Positions 45,833 through 57,472 of a stretch of DNA of 64,000 nt are shown here, piece after piece. The stretch covers positions 4,650 to 68,649 of the forward strand of contig JAJQEJ010000055.1 of NCBI GenBank assembly GCA_021201735.1, in the 5' to 3' direction. The notes beneath the pieces are model-generated. The model was not told the DNA's origin. It made no database searches and saw nothing but the letters and a program-made list of their open reading frames with translations. Every line of letters begins with the position of its first letter. Position 1 is the first letter of the stretch. This DNA comes from Oscillospiraceae bacterium. GTDB lineage: Bacteria; Bacillota; Clostridia; Oscillospirales; Oscillospiraceae. Both the position numbers and the translations under genes were made by a program.

Positions 45833-48154
45833 TTACAAGCGTACAACCATGGTCGCAACAAAGGTCGCGTTATCATAGCTTCCATAAGCCTGAATTTCAT
45901 CGCCCACAACCAGCTTGGAGAAAGAAAAGCTTCCTCCGCTGGTGGTCAGGTATTGCGCGTCACTTGCGTCGACGGTCACTACGCTGTCGCTGCCGGTATT
46001 ATCCGTCACCTGAAGAAGGATGGTTTTGCTGCTGGTATTGGTATAAAGCACAGTGCCGGAAATCTGCGAGTTGCTGACGGCAGCTTTGTCAATCACAATG
46101 GAGTTAATCTCTCCGCCGTTAATCACCATAGAAATCTTATCATTTGGCTTAAGGGAGTATATATTCACCGTGCTGTTGCCCTGTGTGACAGAGATATTGC
46201 TTGTCAGGTTATAGGTCTCCGTCTCTCCGCTTGAAAGCTTGACCTCCATGGTCACGCCCTCCGTCGTGAGGGTAATGGTCGTAACGGTGCCGGTGAAATT
46301 GGCGCTTTGCGACGTCGCCTCAATATCGGTCACCTGATTGTAGCGCAGGGTAACGAGAACGGTATCGCCCGTACGCAGCTTATCAATCGTGCTTGACTTA
46401 TCATCGCGAGTGATGTCCGGGAGGTCGGTCATGTCGATGGTCAAGCTCACAACCGACTCGTCATCGGTTTTCACATCAATGGTCGTCGTCGTGCCGTATT
46501 GAATGGCCGTGATGGTACCGGAGACCTCGCTGGCCGCCTTATAGGAGTCAATCTGCATCACCTCGCCGCCGGACAGGCGCACGGTGACGAAGGTGTTGGT
46601 GGAAAGATCCTTGAGCGCACAGCTTTCATCCTCATAGGAGTAAAGCGCAGACGAGTTGACGTCATACGTCGTGGAGGTGCCGGTGCTGCGGTTGGTGACG
46701 CTCACGGTTGACTTGGATGTCGACACACTTTTCAGGCTACCCTGAATATACTGGCTCGCCGTGTCTATGCTGGCGGTGGTGACGAGCCCGGTATCGTTGG
46801 AGATGCGCAGGGTGATATATTTCCCGGCGTAAGAGGAGGAAAACGTCCCGCTTGCGCCGTTGATGGTTACCGTGCTGTCGCTTGTCAGGGTGTAGCGGAC
46901 CGTCACACCGCGCTTACTCGTCACCTGCACTGATTGCCCATCGGTTGTGGTCGTTGTGGTTCCGATAATGCCCTCCACGCGGGTGGTGCCGCCCGAAAGC
47001 TGCAGCATCGCCAAATGCCCCATGGCATCGACCTGACATACAACGTTTGCATAATCCGTGTCCGGGTCAATCAGGCTGTAATCCCCGACCGTGCTGCCCA
47101 CCTTCACTTCGGTAAAGCGGTCGATGTTGTACTGCGCCACGCCGCCGGTGCTCAAACTCACTGAGACGGTGCGTGTGTCAATGTCCGCAACGGAGCCGGA
47201 ATAGCTCGTGAGCGTACCGCCGATGCGCACCCCGGCAACCGCGCCGCCGGATGCAGACGCGAAATTGACACGGACGTACTGCCCTTCCTTGAGCACATTG
47301 TTGGATGCAGCGGGGATATTATATTGATAGATGGGTGCGGTCGATGGGACGGAAATCGTTTTTTCGCCGCTAAATTCGTTCTCAAGCGTCAGCAGCGTCG
47401 AGTCGGAGGAGCCGTCTGTGACGCTGGTGATCACGCCGCCCGTCCAAGCATAGGTTGTGTACTCGGAAAGCTCAACGGTAATACCCTGCTCACTCATAAA
47501 ATCAAGCGCGCGGCGCAACATGGTCGCCATTTCCGCGCGGGTCAGCGAATCGGCGGGCAAAAAATAGTTTTTATCATTCCCCTTGATAATTTCATAGTTG
47601 CTTAGCACATAGACATAACGCTGGAGCGAGGGGGAGATGGCGCTCGTATCGACAAACGTGAGATCATAGCTGGACAGGCTCTCCGCGAGCGGCGCAAGCT
47701 GCATGGCGCGTGTGAGGTAGCGCACCGTTTCCTCTCGGGTGATGGATTTGCCCAGCTGATCCCCGTTACACAGGGTCTGAAGCTCTGCAAGGGAAATAAT
47801 TCCGGTCTCCAGACAAACCGCCATTTCATCCGCAGCCCAGGAATAAAACGTGTCCGGCAGGATGCTCTGGAGCGTAGCATTCCAATCGGCGGCAATACTG
47901 GCCTTTGCCGTACTACTCAAACCGGTGGTACGGGAGCAGAACAGCAGTGCCTCACAGGTGGTCATCTTATTGTCGGGCCGAAAACTGCCGTCGCTGTAAC
48001 CTTCGACGATGCCCTTATCGACCAGATACTGAATATCGTCCTTTGCCCAATGGCTTGCAATATCGTTCATCGTCGCCGCCGATACGGACCCCACCGCCAG
48101 CGAAACTGCCATGATGACAGCCAGAACCACACCCCAAGTGCGCCGCAATTTCAT
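45833..48154 (-). CDS. Surface-layer-type protein: signal peptide, three N-terminal SLH domains, long S/T-rich beta region
   Basis: Start at the ATG at 48154 (GGAGGT RBS). MKLRRTWGVVLAVIMAVSLAVGSVSA. SLH motifs: DIASHWAKDDIQYLVDKGIVEGYSDGSFRPDNKMT, ..ITREETVRYLTRAM, ..FLPADSLTRAEMATMLRRAL. About 550 aa of T/S/V-rich sequence follow. Confidence 0.8.
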   Translation of the reverse strand: MKLRRTWGVVLAVIMAVSLAVGSVSAATMNDIASHWAKDDIQYLVDKGIVEGYSDGSFRPDNKMTTCEALLFCSRTTGLSSTAKASIAADWNATLQSILPDTFYSWAADEMAVCLETGIISLAELQTLCNGDQLGKSITREETVRYLTRAMQLAPLAESLSSYDLTFVDTSAISPSLQRYVYVLSNYEIIKGNDKNYFLPADSLTRAEMATMLRRALDFMSEQGITVELSEYTTYAWTGGVITSVTDGSSDSTLLTLENEFSGEKTISVPSTAPIYQYNIPAASNNVLKEGQYVRVNFASASGGAVAGVRIGGTLTSYSGSVADIDTRTVSVSLSTGGVAQYNIDRFTEVKVGSTVGDYSLIDPDTDYANVVCQVDAMGHLAMLQLSGGTTRVEGIIGTTTTTTDGQSVQVTSKRGVTVRYTLTSDSTVTINGASGTFSSSYAGKYITLRISNDTGLVTTASIDTASQYIQGSLKSVSTSKSTVSVTNRSTGTSTTYDVNSSALYSYEDESCALKDLSTNTFVTVRLSGGEVMQIDSYKAASEVSGTITAIQYGTTTTIDVKTDDESVVSLTIDMTDLPDITRDDKSSTIDKLRTGDTVLVTLRYNQVTDIEATSQSANFTGTVTTITLTTEGVTMEVKLSSGETETYNLTSNISVTQGNSTVNIYSLKPNDKISMVINGGEINSIVIDKAAVSNSQISGTVLYTNTSSKTILLQVTDNTGSDSVVTVDASDAQYLTTSGGSFSFSKLVVGDEIQAYGSYDNATFVATMVVRL

Positions 48155-48220
48155 AAACCCTACCTCCACGCGTCCTCAAAATTTCGATCTTTCAATTTAC
48201 ATAATTGCTATATACGACAA

Positions 48221-48249
48221 ATTATAGCGGTTCCTGACCAAAAAAGCAA
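48221..48249 (-). promoter_or_regulatory. Sigma-A type promoter of the SLH/S-layer-type gene
   Basis: Minus strand: TTGCTT (48249-48244), 17 nt, then TATAAT (48226-48221). This gives a 5' UTR of about 65 nt. Confidence 0.55.
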
Positions 48250-48340
48250 GAGGAAGTACGGGAAAAAGAGGGAATCCCGCGCATCAATTTTTTAAATGTT
48301 ACAAAAGTGATAAATTATGACGAAGCTTCTGATTTCCCCC

Positions 48341-48369
48341 TTGACTTTTTGTAGTGGTCTGTATAGAAT
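48341..48369 (+). promoter_or_regulatory. Sigma-A type promoter of the fatty-acid synthesis operon
   Basis: TTGACT (48341-48346), 17 nt, then TAGAAT (48364-48369). Confidence 0.65.
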
Positions 48370-48387
48370 ATGCTTAAATCATTTTAC

Positions 48388-48401
48388 TTAAAAATTTTTA
48401 A
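48388..48401. promoter_or_regulatory. Perfect 14-bp palindrome (candidate operator) between the FAS promoter and the acpP RBS
   Basis: TTAAAAATTTTTAA, 19 nt downstream of the -10 element. Confidence 0.4.
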
Positions 48402-48441
48402 CTATTTAGGCAGCCATGCTGCCGCAAAGGAGCGAAATACT

Positions 48442-48669
48442 ATGTTTGAACAGGTAAAGAAAATTATTGTGGAAACCCTCAATTGCGATGAAAGCAAAAT
48501 TACTATGGATGCCCGCCTTGCTGAGGATCTGGAGGCCGACTCGCTGGATGCCGTTGAGCTGAACATGGCGCTTGAGGAGGCACTGGGCTACGGCGTCTCG
48601 GATGAGGCACTCGCCGAGATGAAAACCGTCGGCGATATTGTATCGTGGCTGGAAAAGAACAAGGGGTAA
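48442..48669 (+). CDS. acpP: Acyl carrier protein
   Basis: MFEQVKKIIVETL..LAEDLEADSLDAVELNMALEE (DSL phosphopantetheine site). Start at the ATG at 48442, after AAGGAG. Confidence 0.9.
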   Translation: MFEQVKKIIVETLNCDESKITMDARLAEDLEADSLDAVELNMALEEALGYGVSDEALAEMKTVGDIVSWLEKNKG

Positions 48670-48673
48670 GCCC

Positions 48674-49093
48674 ATGGATATCAAAGACATACAGACGCTG
48701 ATGGAGCAATTTGACCGCTCGTCCCTCACCGACTTACATCTGCAAACGGGCGGTGTTACCCTGTCGATGGGCAAGCAGAGTGGCAAGCAGTTTTTGGTGC
48801 CGGAGGTCTCTCCCGCCGCGCCATCTGCGGCAGAACCCGGCGTTAGCGCCGAGGCTACCTATATAAAAGCCCCCCTCGTCGGTACCTTTTATGCCGCCGC
48901 CGCCCCCGGCGAGGCCTCGTTTGTGCAGGAGGGCGACCACGTCAAAAAGGATGCCCCCGTCTGCGTGCTAGAGGCGATGAAGATGATGAGCCAGGTGCCT
49001 GCGCCGTTTGACTGCGTCATTGAAAAAATCCTGATCGGCGATGGGACGCTGGTTTCCTATGACCAGCCTATTTTTCAGGTAAAGGCGGTATAA
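48674..49093 (+). CDS. accB: Biotin carboxyl carrier protein
   Basis: C-terminal biotinyl domain with CVLEAMKMM. Start at the ATG at 48674. Confidence 0.9.
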   Translation: MDIKDIQTLMEQFDRSSLTDLHLQTGGVTLSMGKQSGKQFLVPEVSPAAPSAAEPGVSAEATYIKAPLVGTFYAAAAPGEASFVQEGDHVKKDAPVCVLEAMKMMSQVPAPFDCVIEKILIGDGTLVSYDQPIFQVKAV

Positions 49094-49096
49094 ATT

Positions 49097-50488
49097 ATGT
49101 TTCGCCGTGTACTTATCGCAAACCGCGGAGAGATCGCGGTGCGGATCGTCCGCGCGTGCCGCGAGCTGTCGATTGAAACCGTCGCGGTCTACTCCGCCGC
49201 GGACGAGGGTGCGCTGCACACTCAGATTGCCACCCGCGCCATGTGCATCGGCCCCGCCAAGGCGTCGGAGAGCTATCTCAATATGTCCGCACTGCTAACG
49301 GTCGCACTGGCGACCCAGTGCGATGCAGTGCATCCGGGTTACGGCTTTTTGTCCGAAAACCCGGATTTTGCCGATCTCTGCGCCGAAAACGGGCTGGTCT
49401 TTATCGGCCCGCCCGGGCACGTCATCTCACGCATGGGCAACAAGTCCGCCGCTCGCGCGCTGATGCGGAAAAGCGGCGTCCCTGTCGTCCCCGGCTCCGA
49501 CGGCCCCGTGACCTCTGTCAAGGAGGCGGAGGAAATCTCCCAACGCATCGGCTTTCCGGTGCTCATTAAGGCATCGGCAGGCGGCGGCGGGCGCGGCATG
49601 CGGCAGGTGGACACACTGGAGCAGCTCCCTACCCTGTTTGCTGAGGCAAAGGCGGAGGCCGAGGCGTGCTTTGGAAACGGCGAGGTGTATGTGGAAAAAC
49701 TGATTGTGAACCCCCGCCACATTGAATTTCAGATTCTTGCAGACGCACACGGAAACGTCATCCACCTCGGGGAGCGGGACTGCTCCATCCAGCGCAAGCA
49801 CCAGAAGCTGATTGAAGAATCCCCCTCCAGAGCACTCACAGAAGACCTACGGCAGCGCATGGGTGAGGCCGCCGTCAAGGCGGCGCGGGCCGCGGACTAT
49901 CTGGGTGCGGGCACCATCGAATTTGTCCTCTCCTCCGAAGGAGCGTTCTACTTCATTGAAATGAATACCCGCATTCAGGTTGAGCATCCAGTGACGGAGT
50001 TCGTCACCGGCCTTGATCTCGTCCATGCGCAGCTGCGCATCGCCGCAGGGCTCCCCCTCTCCCTCACGCAGGAGGACATAGCGTGCAGCGGACACGCCAT
50101 TGAGTGCCGCATCAACGCGGAGGATCCGCACCACGACTTCCGGCCCTCTCCCGGCCGAACGGAATTCCTCCATCTGCCGGGCGGCCCCGGTGTGCGTGTG
50201 GATACGGCGCTTTTTGCCGGCTGGGATCTCTCCCCGCATTACGACTCCCTCGCGGCGAAGATCATCGTCCACGCCCCCACCCGGCTTGAGGCACTGCGCA
50301 AGCTGCGCCGCGCGCTGGAGGAGCTGATGATCGCGGGATACCCCAACACCGCCGACCTCTGCTACCTCATCGCGTACGAGCCGGACTTCATGCGCGGGTG
50401 TTACGACACAGGCTATCTGGATACCCATCTGGAGCAGCTGCTGCAATTCGGTGAGAATTGCGTAAGCGGCGGAAAGGAGCATGCATAA
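49097..50488 (+). CDS. accC: Biotin carboxylase
   Basis: [49 protein letters not shown]. Confidence 0.95.
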   Translation: MFRRVLIANRGEIAVRIVRACRELSIETVAVYSAADEGALHTQIATRAMCIGPAKASESYLNMSALLTVALATQCDAVHPGYGFLSENPDFADLCAENGLVFIGPPGHVISRMGNKSAARALMRKSGVPVVPGSDGPVTSVKEAEEISQRIGFPVLIKASAGGGGRGMRQVDTLEQLPTLFAEAKAEAEACFGNGEVYVEKLIVNPRHIEFQILADAHGNVIHLGERDCSIQRKHQKLIEESPSRALTEDLRQRMGEAAVKAARAADYLGAGTIEFVLSSEGAFYFIEMNTRIQVEHPVTEFVTGLDLVHAQLRIAAGLPLSLTQEDIACSGHAIECRINAEDPHHDFRPSPGRTEFLHLPGGPGVRVDTALFAGWDLSPHYDSLAAKIIVHAPTRLEALRKLRRALEELMIAGYPNTADLCYLIAYEPDFMRGCYDTGYLDTHLEQLLQFGENCVSGGKEHA

Positions 50489-51353
50489 CGTGATCAGTCC
50501 GTTTTCACAGCGTCGGGAGCGCCTGATGGACCTCAAAACACAGCGGGAAAGCAAGGCGGTGCAGCGGAATGCGGCGGGTGCCTGCGCCGGCTGCGGCGCT
50601 GCAGTGGAGAAGCAGGCACTTGCAAACGCCGCCTATGTCTGCCCCCACTGCGGCAGGCACCACACCATCGGCGCGTACCTGCGTCTAAGCCTCCTGTTAG
50701 ACCCGAATAGCTTTACGGAGCTGGACGAACATCTAACCGCCCCCAACGTCCTCAATTTCCCCGGCTATGAGGAGAAGCGCAAAGCCCTGCGCCGCAGCAC
50801 CGGCCTCACGGAAGCGGTGGTGACTGCCACCGGCGCGATTGACGGGCAGCCGGTCGTGGTCGCAGTACTCGACAGCCGCTTTTTTATGGGCAGCATGGGG
50901 GTTGCCGTGGGGGAAAAGATTACCCGCGCGGTGGAGCATGCAACGCTGCATGCCCTTCCTCTCATTATTTTTTCCGCAAGCGGCGGGGCGCGGATGCAGG
51001 AGGGGATTCTCTCCCTCATGCAGATGGCAAAAACCAGCGCCGCGCTCGCCCGCTTCTCACAGGCGGGCGGGCTCTATATCTCCTATCTGACCCACCCGAC
51101 CACCGGCGGCGTCACGGCCTCCTTCGCGTCACTTGGCGATATCACGCTCGCCGAACCCGGGGCCCTCATCGGCTTTGCTGGGCCGCGGGTCATTGAGCAG
51201 ACCATCGGTCAGAAGCTGCCGGAGGGCTTTCAGCGCTCGGAATATCTGGAGGAGCATGGCTTCATTGACCAGATCGTCCCCCGCGCCGCCATGCGTGAAA
51301 CCCTCTCCCTCCTGCTGCGCCTGCACGGAAAGGGGGATACATCCTATGGCTGA
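50481..51353 (+). CDS. accD: Acetyl-CoA carboxylase carboxyltransferase beta subunit
   Basis: Zinc ribbon CAGCGA..CPHCGRH, then [11 protein letters not shown]. The exact start is uncertain: ATG at 50481 or GTG at 50490. Confidence 0.9.
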   Translation: MHNVISPFSQRRERLMDLKTQRESKAVQRNAAGACAGCGAAVEKQALANAAYVCPHCGRHHTIGAYLRLSLLLDPNSFTELDEHLTAPNVLNFPGYEEKRKALRRSTGLTEAVVTATGAIDGQPVVVAVLDSRFFMGSMGVAVGEKITRAVEHATLHALPLIIFSASGGARMQEGILSLMQMAKTSAALARFSQAGGLYISYLTHPTTGGVTASFASLGDITLAEPGALIGFAGPRVIEQTIGQKLPEGFQRSEYLEEHGFIDQIVPRAAMRETLSLLLRLHGKGDTSYG

Positions 51354-52170
51354 GACCCCCCCACGCACCGCCGCGCAGAAAGTCGCGCTCGCGCGGCACA
51401 GCGCCCGCCCCGGCACACGGGATTTTATCGACAACCTCTTCACCGACTTCTTTGAGCAGAAGGGTGACCGCCTCGGCGGGGAAGATCAGAGCGTTTTGGG
51501 CGGCATCGCCCTATACCACGGGCGGCCCGTCACGGTGATTGGGCACCACAAGGGGAAAAACCTCAACGAAAACCTCTCCTGCAACTTTGGCATGCCCAAT
51601 CCGGAGGGCTACCGCAAGGCGCAGCGGCTGATGCGGCAGGCGGAGAAATTCTCCCGGCCCATCATCACCTTTGTCGATACGCCGGGCGCCTATCCCGGCC
51701 TGGAGGCGGAGGCGCGGGGACAGGGTGAGGCAATCGCCTCCACCCTCGCCCTTATGAGCACCCTCACAGTACCCTGCGTAAGCATCGTAACCGGCGAGGG
51801 CGGCAGCGGCGGCGCGCTGGCGCTGGCCGTTGCCAACCGCGTGCTCATGCTGGAAAACGCCGTCTACTCCGTCCTCTCCCCCGAGGGCTTCGCCTCCATT
51901 CTCTGGAAGGACTCCTCCCGCCATGAGGAGGCGGCAGCCCTCATGCGGCTGACCGCCGATGACCTGCTGGATCTGAAAATCATTGACGAGATCATTCCTG
52001 AGCCGGAGGGCGGCGCGCACACCGACGCGGAGGGCATCTACCGCGCGGTGGACCGCTCCCTCTCTGCACATTTGGCGCGCCTGCTCAAAAACCCGGACTG
52101 CGCTGAGGCGCGATACCGAAAATTCAGAGCGATGGGCGGGATTGTCTCCGCCGGAAAGGAGCTTCTTTGA
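51346..52170 (+). CDS. accA: Acetyl-CoA carboxylase carboxyltransferase alpha subunit
   Basis: [36 protein letters not shown]. Start at the ATG at 51346, overlapping the accD end by 8 nt. Confidence 0.9.
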   Translation: MAETPPRTAAQKVALARHSARPGTRDFIDNLFTDFFEQKGDRLGGEDQSVLGGIALYHGRPVTVIGHHKGKNLNENLSCNFGMPNPEGYRKAQRLMRQAEKFSRPIITFVDTPGAYPGLEAEARGQGEAIASTLALMSTLTVPCVSIVTGEGGSGGALALAVANRVLMLENAVYSVLSPEGFASILWKDSSRHEEAAALMRLTADDLLDLKIIDEIIPEPEGGAHTDAEGIYRAVDRSLSAHLARLLKNPDCAEARYRKFRAMGGIVSAGKELL

Positions 52171-53084
52171 ACGGACTTCATATTGTATCCACCGGCCGCG
52201 CCCTGCCTGCACATTCGGTAACCAACGATGAATTAAGCCGCCACATGGACACCAGCGACGAGTGGATTTCTTCCCGCACCGGCATCCGCAGCCGCTATTT
52301 CTGCGACGGAGAGCACGGCCATACCCTTGCGGCAGCAGCCGCCCGCGAGGCGATGGGGCGTGCCGGTGTGGGGGCGGATGAGATCGGCGCATGCATCGTT
52401 GCCACCTTCTCCCCCGACTATACCGTCCCCGCCAATGCCTGTCTCGTACAGGCGGAGCTGGGATTGCCGGAAGACGCCCCGGCGTTTGACATGAACGCGG
52501 GCTGCACCGGGTTTCTCTACGCCCTGCACACGATGCGCGGCTTGCTGATGCAGAGTAAACGCAAATATGGGCTCGTCATCGGCGCGGAAGTGATCAGCAA
52601 ATACCTTACTTATGACGACCGCTCCACCGCTGTGCTCTTCGGCGACGGCGCGGGCGCGGTGCTCGTTACGCTGGGCGAATACCTCTGGGACTGCCAGCTC
52701 GGCGTGCGCGGCAACAGAGAGATTCTCTGGGCGGACGAACATATCCACATGGACGGCAGCGCGGTCTTTCGCTTCGCCTCCGAGATGGTGCCGGTCTGTG
52801 TCAGTGAAATACTGGCGCGCAACAGCCTGACGCTCGCCGACCTGCGCTGGATTGTGCCCCATCAGGCGAACCGGCGCATCATTGAGCACGCGGCAAAGCG
52901 CCTTGGCGCGCCAATTGATTTGTTCTACCAAAATATGGACCACTACGGCAACACGTCCGCCGCAAGCGTTCCCCTCGCGCTCGATGAACTCGCATCCGGC
53001 GGGCTGCTCCAACCGGGCGATCAATTTGTCTGCGTCGCCTTCGGCACCGGCCTCACATGGGGCAGCGCATTGCTGGAATGGTAA
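52167..53084 (+). CDS. fabH: 3-oxoacyl-ACP synthase III
   Basis: DEWISSRTGIRSR, active-site NAGCTGFLYAL, PHQANRRI, GNTSAASVP. TTG start overlapping the accA stop. Confidence 0.9.
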   Translation: MNGLHIVSTGRALPAHSVTNDELSRHMDTSDEWISSRTGIRSRYFCDGEHGHTLAAAAAREAMGRAGVGADEIGACIVATFSPDYTVPANACLVQAELGLPEDAPAFDMNAGCTGFLYALHTMRGLLMQSKRKYGLVIGAEVISKYLTYDDRSTAVLFGDGAGAVLVTLGEYLWDCQLGVRGNREILWADEHIHMDGSAVFRFASEMVPVCVSEILARNSLTLADLRWIVPHQANRRIIEHAAKRLGAPIDLFYQNMDHYGNTSAASVPLALDELASGGLLQPGDQFVCVAFGTGLTWGSALLEW

Positions 53085-53110
53085 TCACAAAAAAAGAGAG
53101 GATGCTCCGA

Positions 53111-54049
53111 ATGAGATTAGATGAACTGTTGGGCATTGAATTCCCGTTTATACAAGGGGGCATGGCTAACATTGCCACCGGCGCGTTTGCGGCGGCTGTC
53201 TCCAACGCGGGCGCGCTCGGGCTGATCGGCGCGGGTGGTATGGACACAAATATGCTGCGCGAGCACATTCAAATCTGCCGCGGGCTGACACAGAAGCCAT
53301 TTGGTGTCAATATCATGCTCATGAACCCGCACGCAAAAGAGATGGCGCAGCTTGTCGCGGATGAAAAAATTCCGGTCATCACGACAGGCGCGGGGAACCC
53401 GTCGCCCTATATCGCCATGTGGAAGGACGCGGGTGCGAAGGTCTTCCCCGTTGTGGCAAGCGTGGCGCTTGCCAAGCTCGTCGCGCGCAGCGGCGTGGAC
53501 GGCATCATTGCCGAGGGGACCGAAAGCGGCGGACACGTCGGGGAACTCACTACGATGGCGCTCGTCCCGCAGGTGGCGGACGCGGTGGATCTCCCCGTCA
53601 TCGCTGCCGGCGGCATTGCGGATGGGCGGCAGCTTCTTGCCGCCTACGCGCTGGGGGCATGCGGGGCGCAGCTTGGCACCTGCCTGCTGGTCAGTGAGGA
53701 GTGCCCGATCCATGAAAATTACAAAAATGCCGTGATCAAAGCCAAGGACTCCTCCACCACCGTAACCGGGCGCATCGGCGGCATCCCGGTGCGCATCCTG
53801 AAAAACCAGATGACGCGCGCCTACCTCTCCCGCGAAAAAGCGGGCGCGGACAAAGAGGAGTTGGAGCGATTCACCCTCGGCAGCCTGCGGCGCGCGGTTT
53901 TTGACGGCGACGTGAATAACGGCAGCCTGATGGCGGGACAGGTCGCGGGTATGCTGGGCGAAATCCGGCCTGTACGCGCGATTCTGGAGGATCTGTCACA
54001 AGGCGCTATGCACCGGCTGGAAGCGCTCTGTGGAGAGGAGCGGAAATGA
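53111..54049 (+). CDS. fabK: Enoyl-ACP reductase II (FMN-dependent, nitronate monooxygenase fold)
   Basis: IEFPFIQGGMANIA, GIIAEGTESGGHVG, VIAAGGIADGR. Located within the FAS operon. Confidence 0.85.
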   Translation: MRLDELLGIEFPFIQGGMANIATGAFAAAVSNAGALGLIGAGGMDTNMLREHIQICRGLTQKPFGVNIMLMNPHAKEMAQLVADEKIPVITTGAGNPSPYIAMWKDAGAKVFPVVASVALAKLVARSGVDGIIAEGTESGGHVGELTTMALVPQVADAVDLPVIAAGGIADGRQLLAAYALGACGAQLGTCLLVSEECPIHENYKNAVIKAKDSSTTVTGRIGGIPVRILKNQMTRAYLSREKAGADKEELERFTLGSLRRAVFDGDVNNGSLMAGQVAGMLGEIRPVRAILEDLSQGAMHRLEALCGEERK

Positions 54050-54050
54050 T

Positions 54051-54989
54051 ATGAAGCTCGCCTTTCTTTATGCCGGACAGGGTACGCAGCATGTCGGCAT
54101 GGGGGCCGATCTCTATGCAGCCTATCCCGCCTTCCGCACGGTTTTTGACAACGCGACGACCGCATTCGATCTAAAAGCCCTCTGCTTTGACGGGCCGGAG
54201 GAGCAGCTGTGTGACACGCGCTACACCCAGCCCTGTATGGTGGCGTTTGCGGCGGGCGTCACGGCGGTACTGAATACCAAAGGCATCCGCCCCTCCATGG
54301 CCGCGGGCTTGAGTTTGGGGGAATACTCCGCGCTCTATGCGGCGGGCGTGTTCGACTTTGCCACGGTCATGGAGCTGATTACCTACCGCGCAAACGCCAT
54401 GGCGGAGGCAGTGACGGACCGCCCCTGCGGCATGTCCGCCGTGTTGAAATTGGGCCGAGCACCACTGCAAGAGGTCTGTAAAAAAGCAGGCGAACGCGGT
54501 GTGGTGGAGATCGCCAACTTCAACTGCCCCGGTCAGATCGTGATCGCGGGGGACGCCGCCGCAGTGGACTACGCCTGCACCCTCGCCAAGGAGGCGGGCG
54601 CGGGGCGCTGCATCCCGTTGCATGTGAGCGGCCCCTTCCACACCTCCCTGATGCAGCCGGCGCGCGACGCGCTGCACGCGTATTTCCCAAAGGTGCTCTT
54701 TCAGGCCATGCAGTTCCCCGTCCTGTTTAACTGCACGGGAAACACCCTACAGACTGGCGAGGAGATTCACACCCTGCTCGAACAGCAGGTTTGCAGCAGC
54801 GTTTACATGGAAGATACCATCCGCCGGATGGAAGAAGCGGGCGTGGACACCATATTGGAAATCGGTCCGGGCAAGGCACTATCTGGATTTGTAAAGAAAA
54901 CGGCACCCTCTATCCGCTGTTTTGCGGTGGAGACCGCCGAACAGCTGGAGGCGGCCGCGGCTGCCATCAAAGGAGAAAACGTACTATGA
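54051..54989 (+). CDS. fabD: Malonyl-CoA:ACP transacylase
   Basis: FLYAGQGTQHVGMG, and the active-site Ser in AAGLSLGEYSAL. Confidence 0.9.
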   Translation: MKLAFLYAGQGTQHVGMGADLYAAYPAFRTVFDNATTAFDLKALCFDGPEEQLCDTRYTQPCMVAFAAGVTAVLNTKGIRPSMAAGLSLGEYSALYAAGVFDFATVMELITYRANAMAEAVTDRPCGMSAVLKLGRAPLQEVCKKAGERGVVEIANFNCPGQIVIAGDAAAVDYACTLAKEAGAGRCIPLHVSGPFHTSLMQPARDALHAYFPKVLFQAMQFPVLFNCTGNTLQTGEEIHTLLEQQVCSSVYMEDTIRRMEEAGVDTILEIGPGKALSGFVKKTAPSIRCFAVETAEQLEAAAAAIKGENVL

Positions 54990-55729
54990 CAATGACAGGA
55001 AAAACTGCGCTGGTCACCGGCGGCAGCCGGGGCATCGGCAAGGCAATCTGCCTGGAGCTGGCCCGCCGGGGTGCCAACGTGGTGGTCAATTATGCCGGGA
55101 ATGCCGACGGCGCGGAGGCAGTCGCCGCAGCCTGCCGCGCCATGGGCGTGCAGAGCATGACGGTGCAGGCAAACGTTGCCGACTCCGCCGCCTGCAGCGA
55201 CATGGTAAAGCAGGTGGTCGCGCAGTTCGAACGGCTCGATATTCTGGTGTGTAACGCGGGCATCACGCGCGACAATCTCGCCCTGATGATCAAGGACGAG
55301 GACTTCGATGCCGTGCTCGACACCAATCTCAAGGGCGCGTTTTACTGCATGAAAGCGGCGTACCGCCCCATGATGAAGCAGAAATATGGCCGCATCGTCG
55401 CCCTGAGCAGCGTAGTCGGCCTGCGCGGCAACGCCGGACAGGCAAACTACGCCGCGAGCAAGGCGGGATTGATCGGCATGAGCAAATCCTTCGCAAAGGA
55501 GCTCGCCGGACGCAACGTCACCATCAATCTGGTCGCGCCCGGCTTTATTGAAACCGACATGACCGACGCCCTGCCGGAAAGCGCCCACGCCGCCCTTAAT
55601 GCGTCGGTACCGATGGGTCACCCGGGGACGCCGGTGGATGTGGCAAACGCAGTATGCTTTTTCGCCGAGGCGTCGTCCGGCTATATCACAGGGCAGGTGC
55701 TCTGCGTGGACGGCGGCATGGCGGTATAA
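54986..55729 (+). CDS. fabG: 3-oxoacyl-ACP reductase
   Basis: ALVTGGSRGIGKAI, NYAASKAG (YxxxK), PGFIETDM. ATGA overlap with fabD. Confidence 0.9.
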   Translation: MTMTGKTALVTGGSRGIGKAICLELARRGANVVVNYAGNADGAEAVAAACRAMGVQSMTVQANVADSAACSDMVKQVVAQFERLDILVCNAGITRDNLALMIKDEDFDAVLDTNLKGAFYCMKAAYRPMMKQKYGRIVALSSVVGLRGNAGQANYAASKAGLIGMSKSFAKELAGRNVTINLVAPGFIETDMTDALPESAHAALNASVPMGHPGTPVDVANAVCFFAEASSGYITGQVLCVDGGMAV

Positions 55730-55758
55730 AACCATAGCGAAAGGAGTGAACACGGAAC

Positions 55759-57015
55759 ATGACAGCCAATACACAAAAACGCCGGGTTGTGGTCACAGGA
55801 TATGGCTCTATCACGGCGATTGGATTGAATGCGGGGGACGGCTGGGCGGCGGCCAAGGCCGGGCGCTGCGGCATTGTACCCATCACCGCATACGATACGA
55901 CGGATAGGAAGGTCACCGTCGCGGGTGAGGCGACCGGTTTTGTTGCGGAGCATTTTATTGAGGCCCGCGAGGTACGCAAAATGGACCGCTTTACCCAATT
56001 GTCCGTTGCCGCCGCCGACGAAGCGATGGCGCACAGCAAGCTGGACATGGACACGGAGGACACCACCCGCTGCGGCTGCATTGTGTCAAGCGGCATCGGT
56101 GGGCTCTCGACCCTGGAGCATGAAATCCTCAAGGGGGATGAAAAGGGCTATGACCGCATCTCCCCGTTCTATATCCCCATGAGCATCACGAACATCGCCG
56201 CCGGTCACATCGCCATCCGCCATAAGCTGCAGGGGATGTGCTCCTGTGTGACGGCGGCCTGCGCAGGCGGCACGAACGCCGTGGGCGACGCGTTTCGTCA
56301 CATCCGCGACGGGTATGCCGACGTGATGGTCTGCGGCGGCGCGGAAAGCGCCATCACCCCCTCCGGCATGGGCGGCTTTACCGTGATGAAGGCCCTCTCC
56401 ACCGCCGCCGACCCCAACCGCGCCTCCATCCCCTTTGACAAGGAGCGCAGCGGCTTTGTCATGGGCGAGGGGGCCGGTATTCTGGTGCTCGAGACGCTGG
56501 AGCACGCGCAGGCGCGGGGCGCAATGATCCTCGGCGAGGTGGTCGGCTACGGCGCCACCTGTGACGCGCACCATATCACAGCTCCCCTGCCTGACGGCGC
56601 AGGCAGCACAAGGTGCATGCAGCTCGCGCTGGAGGATGGGGGCCTTGCGCCGGCAGACATCGGCTACATCAATGCCCACGGCACCTCCACCCCCATGAAC
56701 GACCCGTGCGAGACCGCCGCAATCAAAGCGGCCTTCGGCGCACACGCGGATCAAATCCCCGTCAGCTCCACAAAGTCTATGACGGGACACCTGCTGGGCG
56801 CTGCGGGCGCTGTGGAGGCGATCTTCACCCTGCAGGCGCTGCTGGACGGTTTTCTTCCCCCCACCATCAATTATCGGGTGCCGGATGAGGCGTGCGACTT
56901 GGACATCATCCCGAATGTCGGCAGAGCTGCGGATATCCGCTATGCCATGTCCAACTCCCTCGGCTTCGGCGGGCATAACGCCGCCCTCGTCTTCAAAAAA
57001 TGGGAGGGGTGCTGA
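55759..57015 (+). CDS. fabF: 3-oxoacyl-ACP synthase II
   Basis: RRVVVTGYG, active-site [35 protein letters not shown]. Confidence 0.95.
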   Translation: MTANTQKRRVVVTGYGSITAIGLNAGDGWAAAKAGRCGIVPITAYDTTDRKVTVAGEATGFVAEHFIEAREVRKMDRFTQLSVAAADEAMAHSKLDMDTEDTTRCGCIVSSGIGGLSTLEHEILKGDEKGYDRISPFYIPMSITNIAAGHIAIRHKLQGMCSCVTAACAGGTNAVGDAFRHIRDGYADVMVCGGAESAITPSGMGGFTVMKALSTAADPNRASIPFDKERSGFVMGEGAGILVLETLEHAQARGAMILGEVVGYGATCDAHHITAPLPDGAGSTRCMQLALEDGGLAPADIGYINAHGTSTPMNDPCETAAIKAAFGAHADQIPVSSTKSMTGHLLGAAGAVEAIFTLQALLDGFLPPTINYRVPDEACDLDIIPNVGRAADIRYAMSNSLGFGGHNAALVFKKWEGC

Positions 57016-57016
57016 C

Positions 57017-57445
57017 ATGGAGCTGAATATCCAGCAGATTATGGAGATTCTCCCCCACCGCCCGCCGATGCTGCTCGTAGACAAAATCACCGACTACGAG
57101 CCGGGAAAGTTCGCCGTCGGTATTAAGTGCGTGACGATGAACGAGCCGTTCTTCGCCGGCCACTTCCCCGCCTATCCTGTCATGCCCGGCGTACTGATTA
57201 TGGAGGCGCTCGCGCAGACGGGCGCGGTGGCGCTGCTATCTATGCCGGAGTATCAGGGCAAAATCGCCTTTTTCGGCGGGATTAAAAACGCCCGTTTTAA
57301 AAAGCAGGTTATCCCCGGTGATGTGCTGGAACTGCGCTGTGAGCTGACCGCCCAGCGCGGCCCGGTCGGCTTCGGCACGGGGGTGGCCCGCGTAGACGGT
57401 AAAGTTGCCGCGCAGGGCGAGATCACCTTTGCCATCGGCAAATAG
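57017..57445 (+). CDS. fabZ: 3-hydroxyacyl-ACP dehydratase
   Basis: [39 protein letters not shown]. Confidence 0.9.
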   Translation: MELNIQQIMEILPHRPPMLLVDKITDYEPGKFAVGIKCVTMNEPFFAGHFPAYPVMPGVLIMEALAQTGAVALLSMPEYQGKIAFFGGIKNARFKKQVIPGDVLELRCELTAQRGPVGFGTGVARVDGKVAAQGEITFAIGK

Positions 57446-57472
57446 GGAATCACCGGAAACTGGAGGTGCGCC